A stretch of 64,000 bases of DNA, from the IMG/VR virus record IMGVR_UViG_3300043567_000458; one strand, written 5' to 3'. The position numbers were made by a program, and so were the translations under genes. The DNA is from a virus (Duplodnaviria > Caudoviricetes). Of the stretch, positions 27,042 to 36,450 are shown one piece after another. Under the pieces are notes generated by a model. It was not told where the DNA came from. It searched no databases and saw only the letters and a list, made by a program, of their open reading frames with translations. The stretch's first letter is position 1, and the number at the start of each line of letters is the position of its first letter.

Positions 27042-28488
27042 CTGTGTTCATGCTGTTTAATATTTCACGTAGTTTGGTGCTTTCTACCTGTGCTCGCACC
27101 TTGGGTTTATCTAGGCTGAATCCGTCTTTGGGTTCAGCACGTTCCCAACTAGGTTTGCTGTCACCGGGCTCTTCACGTGAAGTAAGTTCGGTCTTGCGTT
27201 TGATCTGTTCAATAATGCTGGATCCACCGCGTCCTGCGCCGTTGTGACTTTCTTGTTCATCTTCTGGAAGATCACTGATTCGCAGACTTTCAAGATTAAA
27301 CTCTAGATCAATCTTCATGCCCACGCCACTCGATGAGCGTGTCTTCATTAACTGTATTTGATAACGACCACGCTCACGCATGGCACGGCTTGTAAAGATA
27401 CCAAACACGTTATCCGCAGTTTGAATCTTTGACAAACCGCCTGAAATGTGACTGTGATCAAATTCAACTTCTTCAACAGCGCCTCGATTCAACTGTGCCG
27501 CGGTGACAAATACACAGTTCTTTTCTACTGCTAGGTTACGAAGTTCTTCTGACACATACTTGTCTTTGATAAACAAGTCTGCTGGACTAATTTTCTTGCT
27601 CACTGGCATCAACAAGTCCAAATAATCAACCAACAGCACATCGACTTTCTTGCCTACTTTGATTTCATATTCTTTCAAATATGCACGAATGTCGTTGGCA
27701 GTCTTGCCGCTAGGCATGTATTTGATCTGCAACATACCTGACTTCTTGCCAATCATTTTAACTTTCATTTCAACATCATCTAGCTCTTTGAAAATATCCT
27801 TGGTTGACGTTCCGGTGATCATTGCATCAATACGCATACTAACTAGTGCTTCTGAAAGTTCAAGAGTTAGGTATACCACATTTAATCCTGCCAATGCCCA
27901 GTTCACGCCTAGATTAGCCAAGAATAAGGATTTACCTGCACCTGACCCGCCTGCAAAGATGTTCAACTCTCCTCGATTCATTCCGCCAAACAGTTTACGA
28001 TCCATACAGGGCCATCCTGTGCTCACTTGACCGTTTTTGTCTTTGATGCCCATCAATCTTCCACGGGGATCAGCAAAATAGTCTGTGCCCATGTCTCGAG
28101 CAAGACCAATCTGCACAGCTTCTTTGATCAATACTTCTACTGCTCCGTAGTCATGTTTTTCTAATAAATCAGCACTTTCAATAATAGCACGTTCTAATGC
28201 CTTGTGTTGAGTGAACTTTTCGAATTCGTCCATGAACCAATCCATATGACCATCTTTGAGATCGTCGGGTCGTTTAAGTTCAGTTCTACAGGTGGCATTG
28301 ACCATTTCATAGTCTGGCAATACATTATAGCCCTTGGCATATTCATTTATGAATTCTGCTGCATCTTGTAGTTTGCGATCAAACAGGCTGTGATCAAAAA
28401 TACCTTGACATCGAACAAATACTTCTGCATCTGCCAGCATGAGTTCAAGATATAATTTTTGCACTTCGTAATCGTATGTTTTTATCAT
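27031..28488 (-). CDS. Replicative DnaB/gp41-like helicase
   Basis: GGSGAGKS Walker A, LELSE, LLVDYLDLL, TAAQLNR and KTR motifs. Confidence 0.93.
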   Translation of the reverse strand: MIKTYDYEVQKLYLELMLADAEVFVRCQGIFDHSLFDRKLQDAAEFINEYAKGYNVLPDYEMVNATCRTELKRPDDLKDGHMDWFMDEFEKFTQHKALERAIIESADLLEKHDYGAVEVLIKEAVQIGLARDMGTDYFADPRGRLMGIKDKNGQVSTGWPCMDRKLFGGMNRGELNIFAGGSGAGKSLFLANLGVNWALAGLNVVYLTLELSEALVSMRIDAMITGTSTKDIFKELDDVEMKVKMIGKKSGMLQIKYMPSGKTANDIRAYLKEYEIKVGKKVDVLLVDYLDLLMPVSKKISPADLFIKDKYVSEELRNLAVEKNCVFVTAAQLNRGAVEEVEFDHSHISGGLSKIQTADNVFGIFTSRAMRERGRYQIQLMKTRSSSGVGMKIDLEFNLESLRISDLPEDEQESHNGAGRGGSSIIEQIKRKTELTSREEPGDSKPSWERAEPKDGFSLDKPKVRAQVESTKLREILNSMNTDEE

Positions 28489-28505
28489 ATATTATATTAT
28501 ACACT

Positions 28506-29975
28506 CTAGTTGAACACAGGTAAACCATGCAGTTGGGTCCAGCTTTCTGCATCAGCAGCATCATTAACCATAGGCTTGCCTTTGATGTTTAGGCTGGTAT
28601 TCAACAACATAGGACAACCAGTCTTTGCATACCAAAGCTCTAACAAGGCGCGGAACTGAGGATTATCAGTCTTATTAACCGTCTGCACACGGCTGGTATT
28701 GTCTAGATGCACTATGGCCGGAAAAGACTCAGATTTCAAACAAGGCGAAATATATTGCATGTAAGTCGTTGATTCTGTTGGCATTTTAAAGTACTGATTT
28801 GCGAATTCTTCTAATATTGCAGGAGCGAAGGGTCTGAACTGCTCACGATGCTTTATCTGGTTAATTGCGACCTTGATTTCCGAACCACGTGGATCGGCTA
28901 TCAAACTGCGGTTACCCAACGCTCTGGGCCCAAACTCTGCAGGGCCTCGAGCAAGACCACACATCTTGTATTCGAGTAAATGTGTCACGATATCTTCGTT
29001 GCTGGAGATATACCCCATGTCATATCCCAAATACGGACCAGTCCATTCTATGTGTTTTTTCTTATGTGCCAATACTGCACCAATACTGCTGCCACTGTCG
29101 CCGGGTGCAGGCATGATCCAAACTCGATCAAAATATTTGTAGGCTATGGGATTAGCTGCACAGTTTAGAGCGCAACCGCCCATCAACACTAGATTTCTAC
29201 TTGAACTAGATCTTACGGCCTGCTGCAACGCTCTCTCAAATGCCATTTCATACACAGCTTGTGTGGCTGCTGCTATATCGTAAAAATCTTGCTGTGTTGT
29301 TAATTCAGGTCGCCACCATGTGCATCCACGATGTAGATTTTGTTTGATCCTGTAAACATGCTCATAATCGTCATTGGGTAAACTAACAAAATCATCTAGT
29401 AGATCTCTGAGAAATCTTTTTGGATTTCCCAATGCTGCCATGCCCATTAAGATATATTCTTCTTCGTTGGGTTTTAGTCCGCAGCGTTGTGTCATTGCGG
29501 AATAAAACAATCCTAGACTATTTGGATATTCTAGACTATACCGTTTATGTAAGTTATTACCAACAGCATCCCATTGTGTTAGGCATTCAAATTCACCAAT
29601 GGCATCGATTACTAGCACACAGGCATTGTCAAATTCGCTGGTATAATATCCTGCGGCGGCATGTGTTTGATGATGTCCAAAAGTTTTGATTGGTGCTCGA
29701 ATGTTAAACTTTCTAAGATAATCTTTTACATTATTATTCTGCCATCCTTGCCCGGCAGTGAGCTGTCTTAGGGTTTTTAACCAAGGACGTTCATACCAAC
29801 ACACAAGATCAGGCTCGCCAAACGTTCGTGCATGATCTACTAGTTTTTGATCTAGATCGGCATCGTTTTTTATTCCGCTGAATCTTTCGCTTTCACTAGC
29901 GAAAATCAATTTGTCGTCTTCAAACACTGCTAATGCAGCGTTGTGACTAGCGGCAGAAATTCCCCAGGTAATCAT
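28506..29975 (-). CDS. Carbamoyltransferase (NodU/CmcH family)
   Basis: SERFSGIKND, HHQTHAAAG, DAIGE, GGCALN, PAPGDSG, EFGPRALGNRS, FRPFAP and LNTSLN motifs. Confidence 0.93.
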   Translation of the reverse strand: MITWGISAASHNAALAVFEDDKLIFASESERFSGIKNDADLDQKLVDHARTFGEPDLVCWYERPWLKTLRQLTAGQGWQNNNVKDYLRKFNIRAPIKTFGHHQTHAAAGYYTSEFDNACVLVIDAIGEFECLTQWDAVGNNLHKRYSLEYPNSLGLFYSAMTQRCGLKPNEEEYILMGMAALGNPKRFLRDLLDDFVSLPNDDYEHVYRIKQNLHRGCTWWRPELTTQQDFYDIAAATQAVYEMAFERALQQAVRSSSSRNLVLMGGCALNCAANPIAYKYFDRVWIMPAPGDSGSSIGAVLAHKKKHIEWTGPYLGYDMGYISSNEDIVTHLLEYKMCGLARGPAEFGPRALGNRSLIADPRGSEIKVAINQIKHREQFRPFAPAILEEFANQYFKMPTESTTYMQYISPCLKSESFPAIVHLDNTSRVQTVNKTDNPQFRALLELWYAKTGCPMLLNTSLNIKGKPMVNDAADAESWTQLHGLPVFN

Positions 29976-30088
29976 TTGTAGATAAAAGGATCACGTTTAC
30001 GTAGCTCTTTTAATCTACGTTTGAATCTTCGGTGTTCTTGATATCTGTTCCAAGGGTAGAGCAGAAAATCTATAATTTTTTTAAACAT
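29972..30088 (-). CDS. Small basic protein (38 aa; not in ORF track)
   Basis: Hand-translated MFKKIIDFLLYPWNRYQEHRRFKRRLKELRKRDPFIYK; overlaps both neighbours. Confidence 0.6.
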   Translation of the reverse strand: MFKKIIDFLLYPWNRYQEHRRFKRRLKELRKRDPFIYK

Positions 30089-31100
30089 TTTCTAACCTTT
30101 CTAATTTATGTTCTTGTTGTTTCTTGGCCATGTTAATTTTAATCTGTCCTTGTTGTGCTGTTTTTATTGCATCTACAAGCACAAATAACTTCCCATAACG
30201 ATATACTGCATCTGCTACATCTTTGACATCGGCATCCCAATTTGGTATAGCCACTGACCAACCAAGTTCTGCTGCACGATCATACAACACCAATCCTGCT
30301 CGATCTTGGTCTGGGATCACAATAACTTCTGCACCTAGACTGTTAATTATTCTACTTTGTTGTTCGGCAATCTCGTTGGTAAGAAGGGCTACACCGTCAA
30401 TGGCCAAGGCATCAAACGGGCCTTCACACACAAATATATACTTCTGATTTTCTTTTTGTTGATCAAAATTGAAAACAAAATGAGGATGCTGATCTGATAG
30501 ATATTTAGGTTTTCCGGCAGTTACTTTTCTTGCAGTATTACCTACAATACGTCCTTGCCACCTAAAGGGAATAATTACTCTATCAACATATCCTGGTGCG
30601 GGACTCCAGTAGAAGTTTTCGCTAGTGGGATCGTATCCTCTACTAACTACATATTCAACAACTTCTACTAACTTTTGCTCTTCTTCAGTAGTTAATTTAG
30701 CATCTAGCCATTCTAACAAAGGCATTGCACCCTCTGGTAATTGTTTGTCTGTGAATTCTAGCTTGATTTCCTGGTGTTCTGGGCGGTAATCATCGCCTTC
30801 TGTTCTCATGGCTTCGAACACTAGTTCTTTAATAGTGTCTTCGCTGGCGCCTAACCATCTGCACAGCGTTTTCATCTTTTCGCCTATGGTGCTACCAGGT
30901 TGCCACCCTGTGGTAAATTTGCAATTGAAACAGTTATAGATTACACCATCACCGTCAAATCTTATGCCGGCACGTTTGCGAGTATCAGGACTATGCCCTC
31001 GATGTTGACAGCAGGGTGCATTGAATGATGTCCATCCTGATGGGCTCGATTTAGCACGAGGTGGGAGCAGTGTTCGAAATTTATCAACGACAAGAGTCAT
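30081..31100 (-). CDS. DNA primase (DnaG/gp61-like)
   Basis: N-terminal Zn ribbon (APCC...CFNC); TOPRIM VCEGPFDAL and PDQD. Confidence 0.88.
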   Translation of the reverse strand: MTLVVDKFRTLLPPRAKSSPSGWTSFNAPCCQHRGHSPDTRKRAGIRFDGDGVIYNCFNCKFTTGWQPGSTIGEKMKTLCRWLGASEDTIKELVFEAMRTEGDDYRPEHQEIKLEFTDKQLPEGAMPLLEWLDAKLTTEEEQKLVEVVEYVVSRGYDPTSENFYWSPAPGYVDRVIIPFRWQGRIVGNTARKVTAGKPKYLSDQHPHFVFNFDQQKENQKYIFVCEGPFDALAIDGVALLTNEIAEQQSRIINSLGAEVIVIPDQDRAGLVLYDRAAELGWSVAIPNWDADVKDVADAVYRYGKLFVLVDAIKTAQQGQIKINMAKKQQEHKLERLENV

Positions 31101-31106
31101 ACTACA

Positions 31107-31135
31107 AGTATACTATCTATACAGTATCTTGTCAA
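31107..31135 (-). promoter_or_regulatory. sigma70-type promoter of the primase operon
   Basis: Minus strand TTGACA-N17-TATACT, 6 nt before the ATG. Confidence 0.8.
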
Positions 31136-32195
31136 TGGTTCCAACAGGAATATTAGAGTCATTTAACACAAATGTTTTGACTCCATTATATGAAAGGCCG
31201 GTATATGTAAATCCAGTAATGCCGCCGTCTGCATTAACAGCAGAAACCGTGATAGTGAGATCATTGGTTCCCAATTCTCCACCCAATTTATTACCTGTGA
31301 TGACAATAATATCACCTACATCATAACCTTTGCCAATCTCACCAATAGTAACATTATATGTTAGTAGAAGAGTTTGAGCTATGGTAAATCTTGCGACGCT
31401 GGAAATTTCGCCTGGAGTGTGTTTGATTCTAAACCAATTATACTTGCCTGTGACGTTTTTATACTGTTCGGTATCAAGATCCACGGTAGACACTGTGATC
31501 CATTTAGTCTCTCTTGGTGTGGCTCCTTGATCGTCTAAACTGGCCTGTATCTCTACTGTGCCTTTGTAATTAGTAGAGTAAAATTGAAATGTGTGAATAG
31601 GATAGGCTGGCGATGTTTTAGGACGAGCATCTATAATAGCACTGGTGTAAAATGGTTGAGGATCAGTGGCACCTTGAGTGAAAGGATTGGTATAATTAAA
31701 TGTGTCTACTATTACACTGTCTGCTACCCCGCCGTATACATCGCCAGTGATTTCTAAGGTGCCTATAGTATCATATTGGCTGTCCATATATAAAGGCATT
31801 TTAGAATTTACTATATAGTCTGTGCTGTCTACTGTAGATCGAACTTCTTTGACTATGCTGTAGTTATAGAATCCTGTATTAAGATCCAGCAGTTCGTCGG
31901 CAGTAACAATCACAGTGACCTTGCCGGTAGCAAGATCCATAGCAGTGAAGTCTTTTTGTAGCACTAAATCTTTAGTGTCTTGACTGACGAGATTAAATAC
32001 CAAAGTGCTGCCCGCAATGTTGCTGGCCTTTTGATCACTATTACGAACTTGGATGTCAATGCGATTATCAACACCTCGAAATATTTTTAGATTTCTGTTA
32101 TACACTCTGCGATACCTCTCAGTTGACCAAGTGTCCGCCGGGGTGGTAAATACATCGAGTTTGTTGACATATAAATAAACAGGATTAAATTGCAT
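31113..32195 (-). CDS. Hypothetical protein, beta-rich, possibly structural
   Basis: 360 aa, T/V/G-rich; TAAATA at 32217-32222 upstream. Confidence 0.75.
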   Translation of the reverse strand: MQFNPVYLYVNKLDVFTTPADTWSTERYRRVYNRNLKIFRGVDNRIDIQVRNSDQKASNIAGSTLVFNLVSQDTKDLVLQKDFTAMDLATGKVTVIVTADELLDLNTGFYNYSIVKEVRSTVDSTDYIVNSKMPLYMDSQYDTIGTLEITGDVYGGVADSVIVDTFNYTNPFTQGATDPQPFYTSAIIDARPKTSPAYPIHTFQFYSTNYKGTVEIQASLDDQGATPRETKWITVSTVDLDTEQYKNVTGKYNWFRIKHTPGEISSVARFTIAQTLLLTYNVTIGEIGKGYDVGDIIVITGNKLGGELGTNDLTITVSAVNADGGITGFTYTGLSYNGVKTFVLNDSNIPVGTIDKILYR

Positions 32196-32226
32196 ACACT
32201 AACGGACCTTTAGCAGTATTTATCGA

Positions 32227-32598
32227 ATGAGAATAACAACTAACCTACAAGAAAATTTTCCCTTTATCAGTGTTATAGTGCATGTTAACCATGAATATGT
32301 GGGCATCATTATTAACCAAGATGCTCAAGTCACTAGTATGTATGACTATTCTATGATAAAAACAGACGAGGAAAAACAGCGATTTCTAGAACTAGGCGAA
32401 GCCTGGTGGTGGGAGTCGAACAGGCAAATTCCTATCAACATTTTCTTGGCCAGAGAAATCATTGAATTTCGATACGTAATTAGAAATTTTTCAACTAAAG
32501 ATGTCAAACTCATGCACGGTCCCTGCACTAGTTTAAATGACATTATTGTCAAACGAATCAAGCGTAAGTCGATTACTCTAGTTAGAAAGATCGGTTAA
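32227..32598 (+). CDS. Conserved hypothetical protein
   Basis: 123 aa (WWWESNR.IPINIFL); TATAAATA at 32170-32177. Confidence 0.75.
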   Translation: MRITTNLQENFPFISVIVHVNHEYVGIIINQDAQVTSMYDYSMIKTDEEKQRFLELGEAWWWESNRQIPINIFLAREIIEFRYVIRNFSTKDVKLMHGPCTSLNDIIVKRIKRKSITLVRKIG

Positions 32599-33343
32599 CT
32601 TGTTTTTCTAATAATTTTTTTATATCGGGATTCTTTTTCCAAGGACCTGTTAGAGACCAAATCTTAGAATCTTGCTTTTTAGTTACAAAATTTTCTAAAT
32701 TGCACAAATTAAAAAAATCGTGTTCTTGAGTTATTAGTTCCGACATGCAGACCTGATCTAATCCATACATATTCGCTCTTTGCAGTTTTTCCATATTTTC
32801 GGTAATAGTTTCAAACGGAATATGTTGAATTTTTTCGTTGTATAAATTTACAATATTTTTTATAAAGTTTTTTCTTTTGTCAGTAACATAAAGAAAATTA
32901 GCTCCGGTTTTCTTCCACAAAGTATCATACTGTGGATAATATAGAATACCCAACTCTACGCTATTGTCAAAATTTATTCTTTCATTAAAAATAATATCTG
33001 CGTCTACTATGTATGCTTTAGAAATTAAATTTTGTTCGAACAATAGATTAGAAATAAAATATCTCGAACAAAAATAATAACTTTTTAGTTTATAAAAATT
33101 AATATTTGTAGTTGTTAACTTCTCTTTACTAATTGAAAGATCGATTGATAATTTTAAATTTTTAATTTGCTCAAGTAGTAAATCGGAAGGATTTATTAAA
33201 TGTAAATGAACGTCGTGACCGTGATTGTCGCAAGAAAATAAATTATAAATTCCATAATTTATAAAATAATTCTCATCACATTGAAAAATTACTTTTTCTC
33301 TACCGTTTGGTCTAGAAATTAATTCTACATCTTGAAAAAACAT
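32582..33343 (-). CDS. Putative GT-A fold glycosyltransferase
   Basis: DVHLHLINP, CSRY, IVDADII (DxD) and GLDQ motifs; paralogue of 35767..36450; very AT-rich. Confidence 0.6.
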   Translation of the reverse strand: MFFQDVELISRPNGREKVIFQCDENYFINYGIYNLFSCDNHGHDVHLHLINPSDLLLEQIKNLKLSIDLSISKEKLTTTNINFYKLKSYYFCSRYFISNLLFEQNLISKAYIVDADIIFNERINFDNSVELGILYYPQYDTLWKKTGANFLYVTDKRKNFIKNIVNLYNEKIQHIPFETITENMEKLQRANMYGLDQVCMSELITQEHDFFNLCNLENFVTKKQDSKIWSLTGPWKKNPDIKKLLEKQVNRSF

Positions 33344-33921
33344 TAACTATACCCGTAACTGATCTGCTCACAGATCAAATTCATCTGCACCACAATAGCT
33401 ACAGCATAGGCAGTGGCATGCGATTGTTTGAAGAAATATTCTTCATTGTCGGGTTTCGTCCAAACTTCCGTCATCACCGTGGTCCATTCTTTCCCAATCA
33501 GATAACGTTTCGCTGGTCGGATCATCGCTAAAACGGCTGCTAGTTGTTCGATAGATTTTGGTTCCATCTTTCTTAGTATAGATCCATGACCGTTCACATG
33601 AAACAGATTCTGGATAAACTCTTCGTCTTGTAGTAGATCCCATAATGGCTCAGTCTCCATGAGTTGAATAAGGTGCGCCTCATCTCGAACACCTTTGTAA
33701 ATGCCAACATTTAAAAAATCAATCTTGAAATATTCTTCGGCTGCTGCATGATCGTATGGTATACTGCACACAGCTTTCTCAGCATTCATTGGAACACTAT
33801 GTAAATACACACCGGTGTTGTGTTTGGTCAGAGTTTCGTTGTCAACACGGCTGGCTGGCACATGCTTGAATAACTTTAGAGCATGGGCTCTGTCTACAAA
33901 GTCTATGTCGATATCAGGCAT
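33343..33921 (-). CDS. Miniature DNA polymerase III alpha (DnaE)-like protein
   Basis: PDIDIDF, FKIDFL, LAAVLAMIRP and FKQSHATAYA match C-family polymerase motifs in only 192 aa. Confidence 0.75.
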   Translation of the reverse strand: MPDIDIDFVDRAHALKLFKHVPASRVDNETLTKHNTGVYLHSVPMNAEKAVCSIPYDHAAAEEYFKIDFLNVGIYKGVRDEAHLIQLMETEPLWDLLQDEEFIQNLFHVNGHGSILRKMEPKSIEQLAAVLAMIRPAKRYLIGKEWTTVMTEVWTKPDNEEYFFKQSHATAYAVAIVVQMNLICEQISYGYS

Positions 33922-34126
33922 TGTTTTTGATCTCTGCGGGTGGAGTCCATGTAGCATAGTCTATCTTCTTCCACTGTCTAGGCCCGGGTGTGGTGTAAGG
34001 AGTATATATCTCGCCAGTCTCTCTATCAACCAACAACCATTTCTCTGGGCATTTAGTTGTAATTGTTAATTCTACTGCCGTATTGTATTCTTGAACTGTG
34101 GTTCCGTCTATGAGTTGTCTTGACAT
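33914..34126 (-). CDS. Hypothetical protein
   Basis: 70 aa (TKCPEKWLLVDRETGE). Confidence 0.7.
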   Translation of the reverse strand: MSRQLIDGTTVQEYNTAVELTITTKCPEKWLLVDRETGEIYTPYTTPGPRQWKKIDYATWTPPAEIKNNA

Positions 34127-34323
34127 TACTGCATCCTTGTTGTTTCGAATAGCAACAACGGAAGTGTCTCTGCTAAAAATGCTGCATATTCTTCTGCAGA
34201 TTCTTCATCTGCAAAGTTTGAAAATTTAACATATACACAGTGTTCACTATCTTCTTCTGTAGTCATTACTTCTATATCTATGTCATCACTAGAAATTAAT
34301 TCTTGTTTGTTTTCTTCAGTCAC
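34126..34323 (-). CDS. Small acidic protein
   Basis: Coupled at both ends. Confidence 0.65.
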   Translation of the reverse strand: MTEENKQELISSDDIDIEVMTTEEDSEHCVYVKFSNFADEESAEEYAAFLAETLPLLLFETTRMQ

Positions 34324-35003
34324 AGTATTTTGGCCTCCTTGATGACATCTTTTACTAATTCATGATCTGCTGGCAGAGCTTTAAATCTACGCAACCAAAA
34401 CTGAGGATCTATCATAGGCCCGATGATTTCTAATTGTTCATCGTTCATGCGGGTCAACATTTCTTTGCCTGATCGAGTATTCAATATCATCCAAGGACTT
34501 ACTAATCCTTCTTTGATATCATGAGTGGCTCTGTTTAGATTTACATAGGCAAAATAATGTTCCCATGCTGCAGAGTTTGATTCCGCCCATGACATCATGG
34601 TCATGATACTGCGTTGTATGGCACCATCAGCAGGCTCTACTTTGATTAAATCTGCGATATAGCTTTGATACAATTCATCTCTGCACCAATGATCTAGTTT
34701 AACTCCGCTCTTGACCACGTAGTCTACAAATCGCTCAGGATATATAGGCGCTGTATTAACCAAGAAACTGCCAAATTTCACAAAGGCTGTATAGAAACTA
34801 GAAGTGGCAAACTCTTCAAAGGTCTTGGGCTGTTGTGCTTTTTGTGTGAGCTGATAGAATCTTTGGAATGTCAACAATCCCATTAGCACATGTTTTTCAT
34901 TGCGGCTAAGATGGCGACGCTTTTGTTCACAAATATGCACTACCAAAGTTTTTTCTTTGGCAAATAATTTATTGCAATGTTCGCACTTAAAATTTAATTG
35001 CAT
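34320..35003 (-). CDS. C2H2 zinc-finger-containing protein
   Basis: FKCEHCNKLF...LVVHIC motif; start 35003 chosen (track 35084). Confidence 0.7.
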   Translation of the reverse strand: MQLNFKCEHCNKLFAKEKTLVVHICEQKRRHLSRNEKHVLMGLLTFQRFYQLTQKAQQPKTFEEFATSSFYTAFVKFGSFLVNTAPIYPERFVDYVVKSGVKLDHWCRDELYQSYIADLIKVEPADGAIQRSIMTMMSWAESNSAAWEHYFAYVNLNRATHDIKEGLVSPWMILNTRSGKEMLTRMNDEQLEIIGPMIDPQFWLRRFKALPADHELVKDVIKEAKIL

Positions 35004-35466
35004 TGACTTCTTTTTTGTCCCATCCAAGGGTTTGACAATAGTCTTTGATTTCTCGATCTGTAGTGATGGCTGCAAGTGTAGCAATGTCTGCCCTTTTCAT
35101 AGTTGGAAATATCGTGGCAAGAAATTCTTCTTTCCTGTTCTTTTCTTTTTTCAGAGGAATCCATTCATGAAACTGTTTGGCTTTAGATTCGTGACTGCAA
35201 GCCACTAATGTCAGCCATTGCAGTTTAGGGTGTTGGCTAATGTTGGCCCAGTTTTTGTTGTAGTATTGATTTACAGTGAGCAGATAGTGTTCTTGTATTT
35301 CTCTATCAGAGCCCGATACACTGCTGATATATCTGTTGAGATTCCACAGATCTCCTTTGATTTCTTTTCGGCCTTCTTCTGTGGCAGCGTCCCAGAGTTC
35401 TTTGATTCCCTGATCAACACAGGGTATGATATCTTTGAATAGATCTACGTGTTTATTTTTGGCCAT
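34987..35466 (-). CDS. Possible clamp-loader small subunit (gp62-like)
   Basis: Size and LNRYIS...VN..YN...HPKLQWL pattern recalled from gp62-like proteins. Confidence 0.45.
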   Translation of the reverse strand: MAKNKHVDLFKDIIPCVDQGIKELWDAATEEGRKEIKGDLWNLNRYISSVSGSDREIQEHYLLTVNQYYNKNWANISQHPKLQWLTLVACSHESKAKQFHEWIPLKKEKNRKEEFLATIFPTMKRADIATLAAITTDREIKDYCQTLGWDKKEVNAIKF

Positions 35467-35713
35467 GGTCTTTGCTCAAGTGATACAATATTTTAACACG
35501 TTCTAGGGCTTCTTGTAAAGTGGGATTCGTCCGAGATTCTCTTAAAATATCTTTCCAAGTATTTTCTAACTCATAATTGATGGTTATATTTTCGTTAAAT
35601 GGGTCGATATATTTTCCAATCATCGTTCGTTCTAATTTACCAACTTCTCTGGCATAGATTTCTTCGCCGTTGCGTTCGTAGATATATGTAGCACTTGGTG
35701 TTAATTTTCCCAT
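35453..35713 (-). CDS. Hypothetical protein
   Basis: 86-aa ORF in operon. Confidence 0.7.
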   Translation of the reverse strand: MGKLTPSATYIYERNGEEIYAREVGKLERTMIGKYIDPFNENITINYELENTWKDILRESRTNPTLQEALERVKILYHLSKDHGQK

Positions 35714-35766
35714 TTTATTTCCTAATCTATAAATTTTAACACAAATTTCGAACCCTGCTAACCTTT

Positions 35767-36450
35767 TTATACCTGCGAATTATAAAAATTTAATAAGTTT
35801 ACATACTGTTCGTTTTCATGTTTTCTAGATCCTTTAGCAGTCCATATCATTCGTTCGGGGGTCATTTTTGTACCGGTCCATTCAGAACTTAATCGAGGTA
35901 TTGATTTTTCTATCATCATAGCATCTAATATATCTTGATCTAAAAACCAATAAATGTTTCCTTGTTTGAAACTTTCTTGTAATCTAGTGCTATAAGTATT
36001 TCTAAAATCATCATCTCCAAACGATATTGCACTGGCTAACGATTTGCCACCTTTTCTAATAGTAATTTTACTAATGTTAGTTGCCTCTAAAAATTTAATT
36101 AATGGAATTGTTTTATTGGCAATCACATCACAATCAAAACTTATAATTTTTGCAGCTGGATCAAATATTTCCGGAATTCGTATAAATCGAATGCAGGCAC
36201 ATAGGGTATTAAATTCTTTATCATCAACATCTAGTAATTCGTTGGTGTAACTTATATTTTTTTGAGAACACCATTCTAGTTGTTTGTCTGTTGGATTATA
36301 CAAGTGAACATGAACTTTTGCCCACGGCGCATGTTGTAGTAAACTTAAGGCCAGTGCTTTACCATATAGATCAAAATATTTTGAATCTGCCGCAAAATAA
36401 AAAAAGTTACCCGTTAATCGAGCCGGTATATTCAAAGAAGGAAGAATCAT
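35767..36450 (-). CDS. Putative GT-A fold glycosyltransferase
   Basis: HVHLYNP, CIRF, SFDCDV (DxD) and WFLDQ motifs. Confidence 0.6.
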   Translation of the reverse strand: MILPSLNIPARLTGNFFYFAADSKYFDLYGKALALSLLQHAPWAKVHVHLYNPTDKQLEWCSQKNISYTNELLDVDDKEFNTLCACIRFIRIPEIFDPAAKIISFDCDVIANKTIPLIKFLEATNISKITIRKGGKSLASAISFGDDDFRNTYSTRLQESFKQGNIYWFLDQDILDAMMIEKSIPRLSSEWTGTKMTPERMIWTAKGSRKHENEQYVNLLNFYNSQV

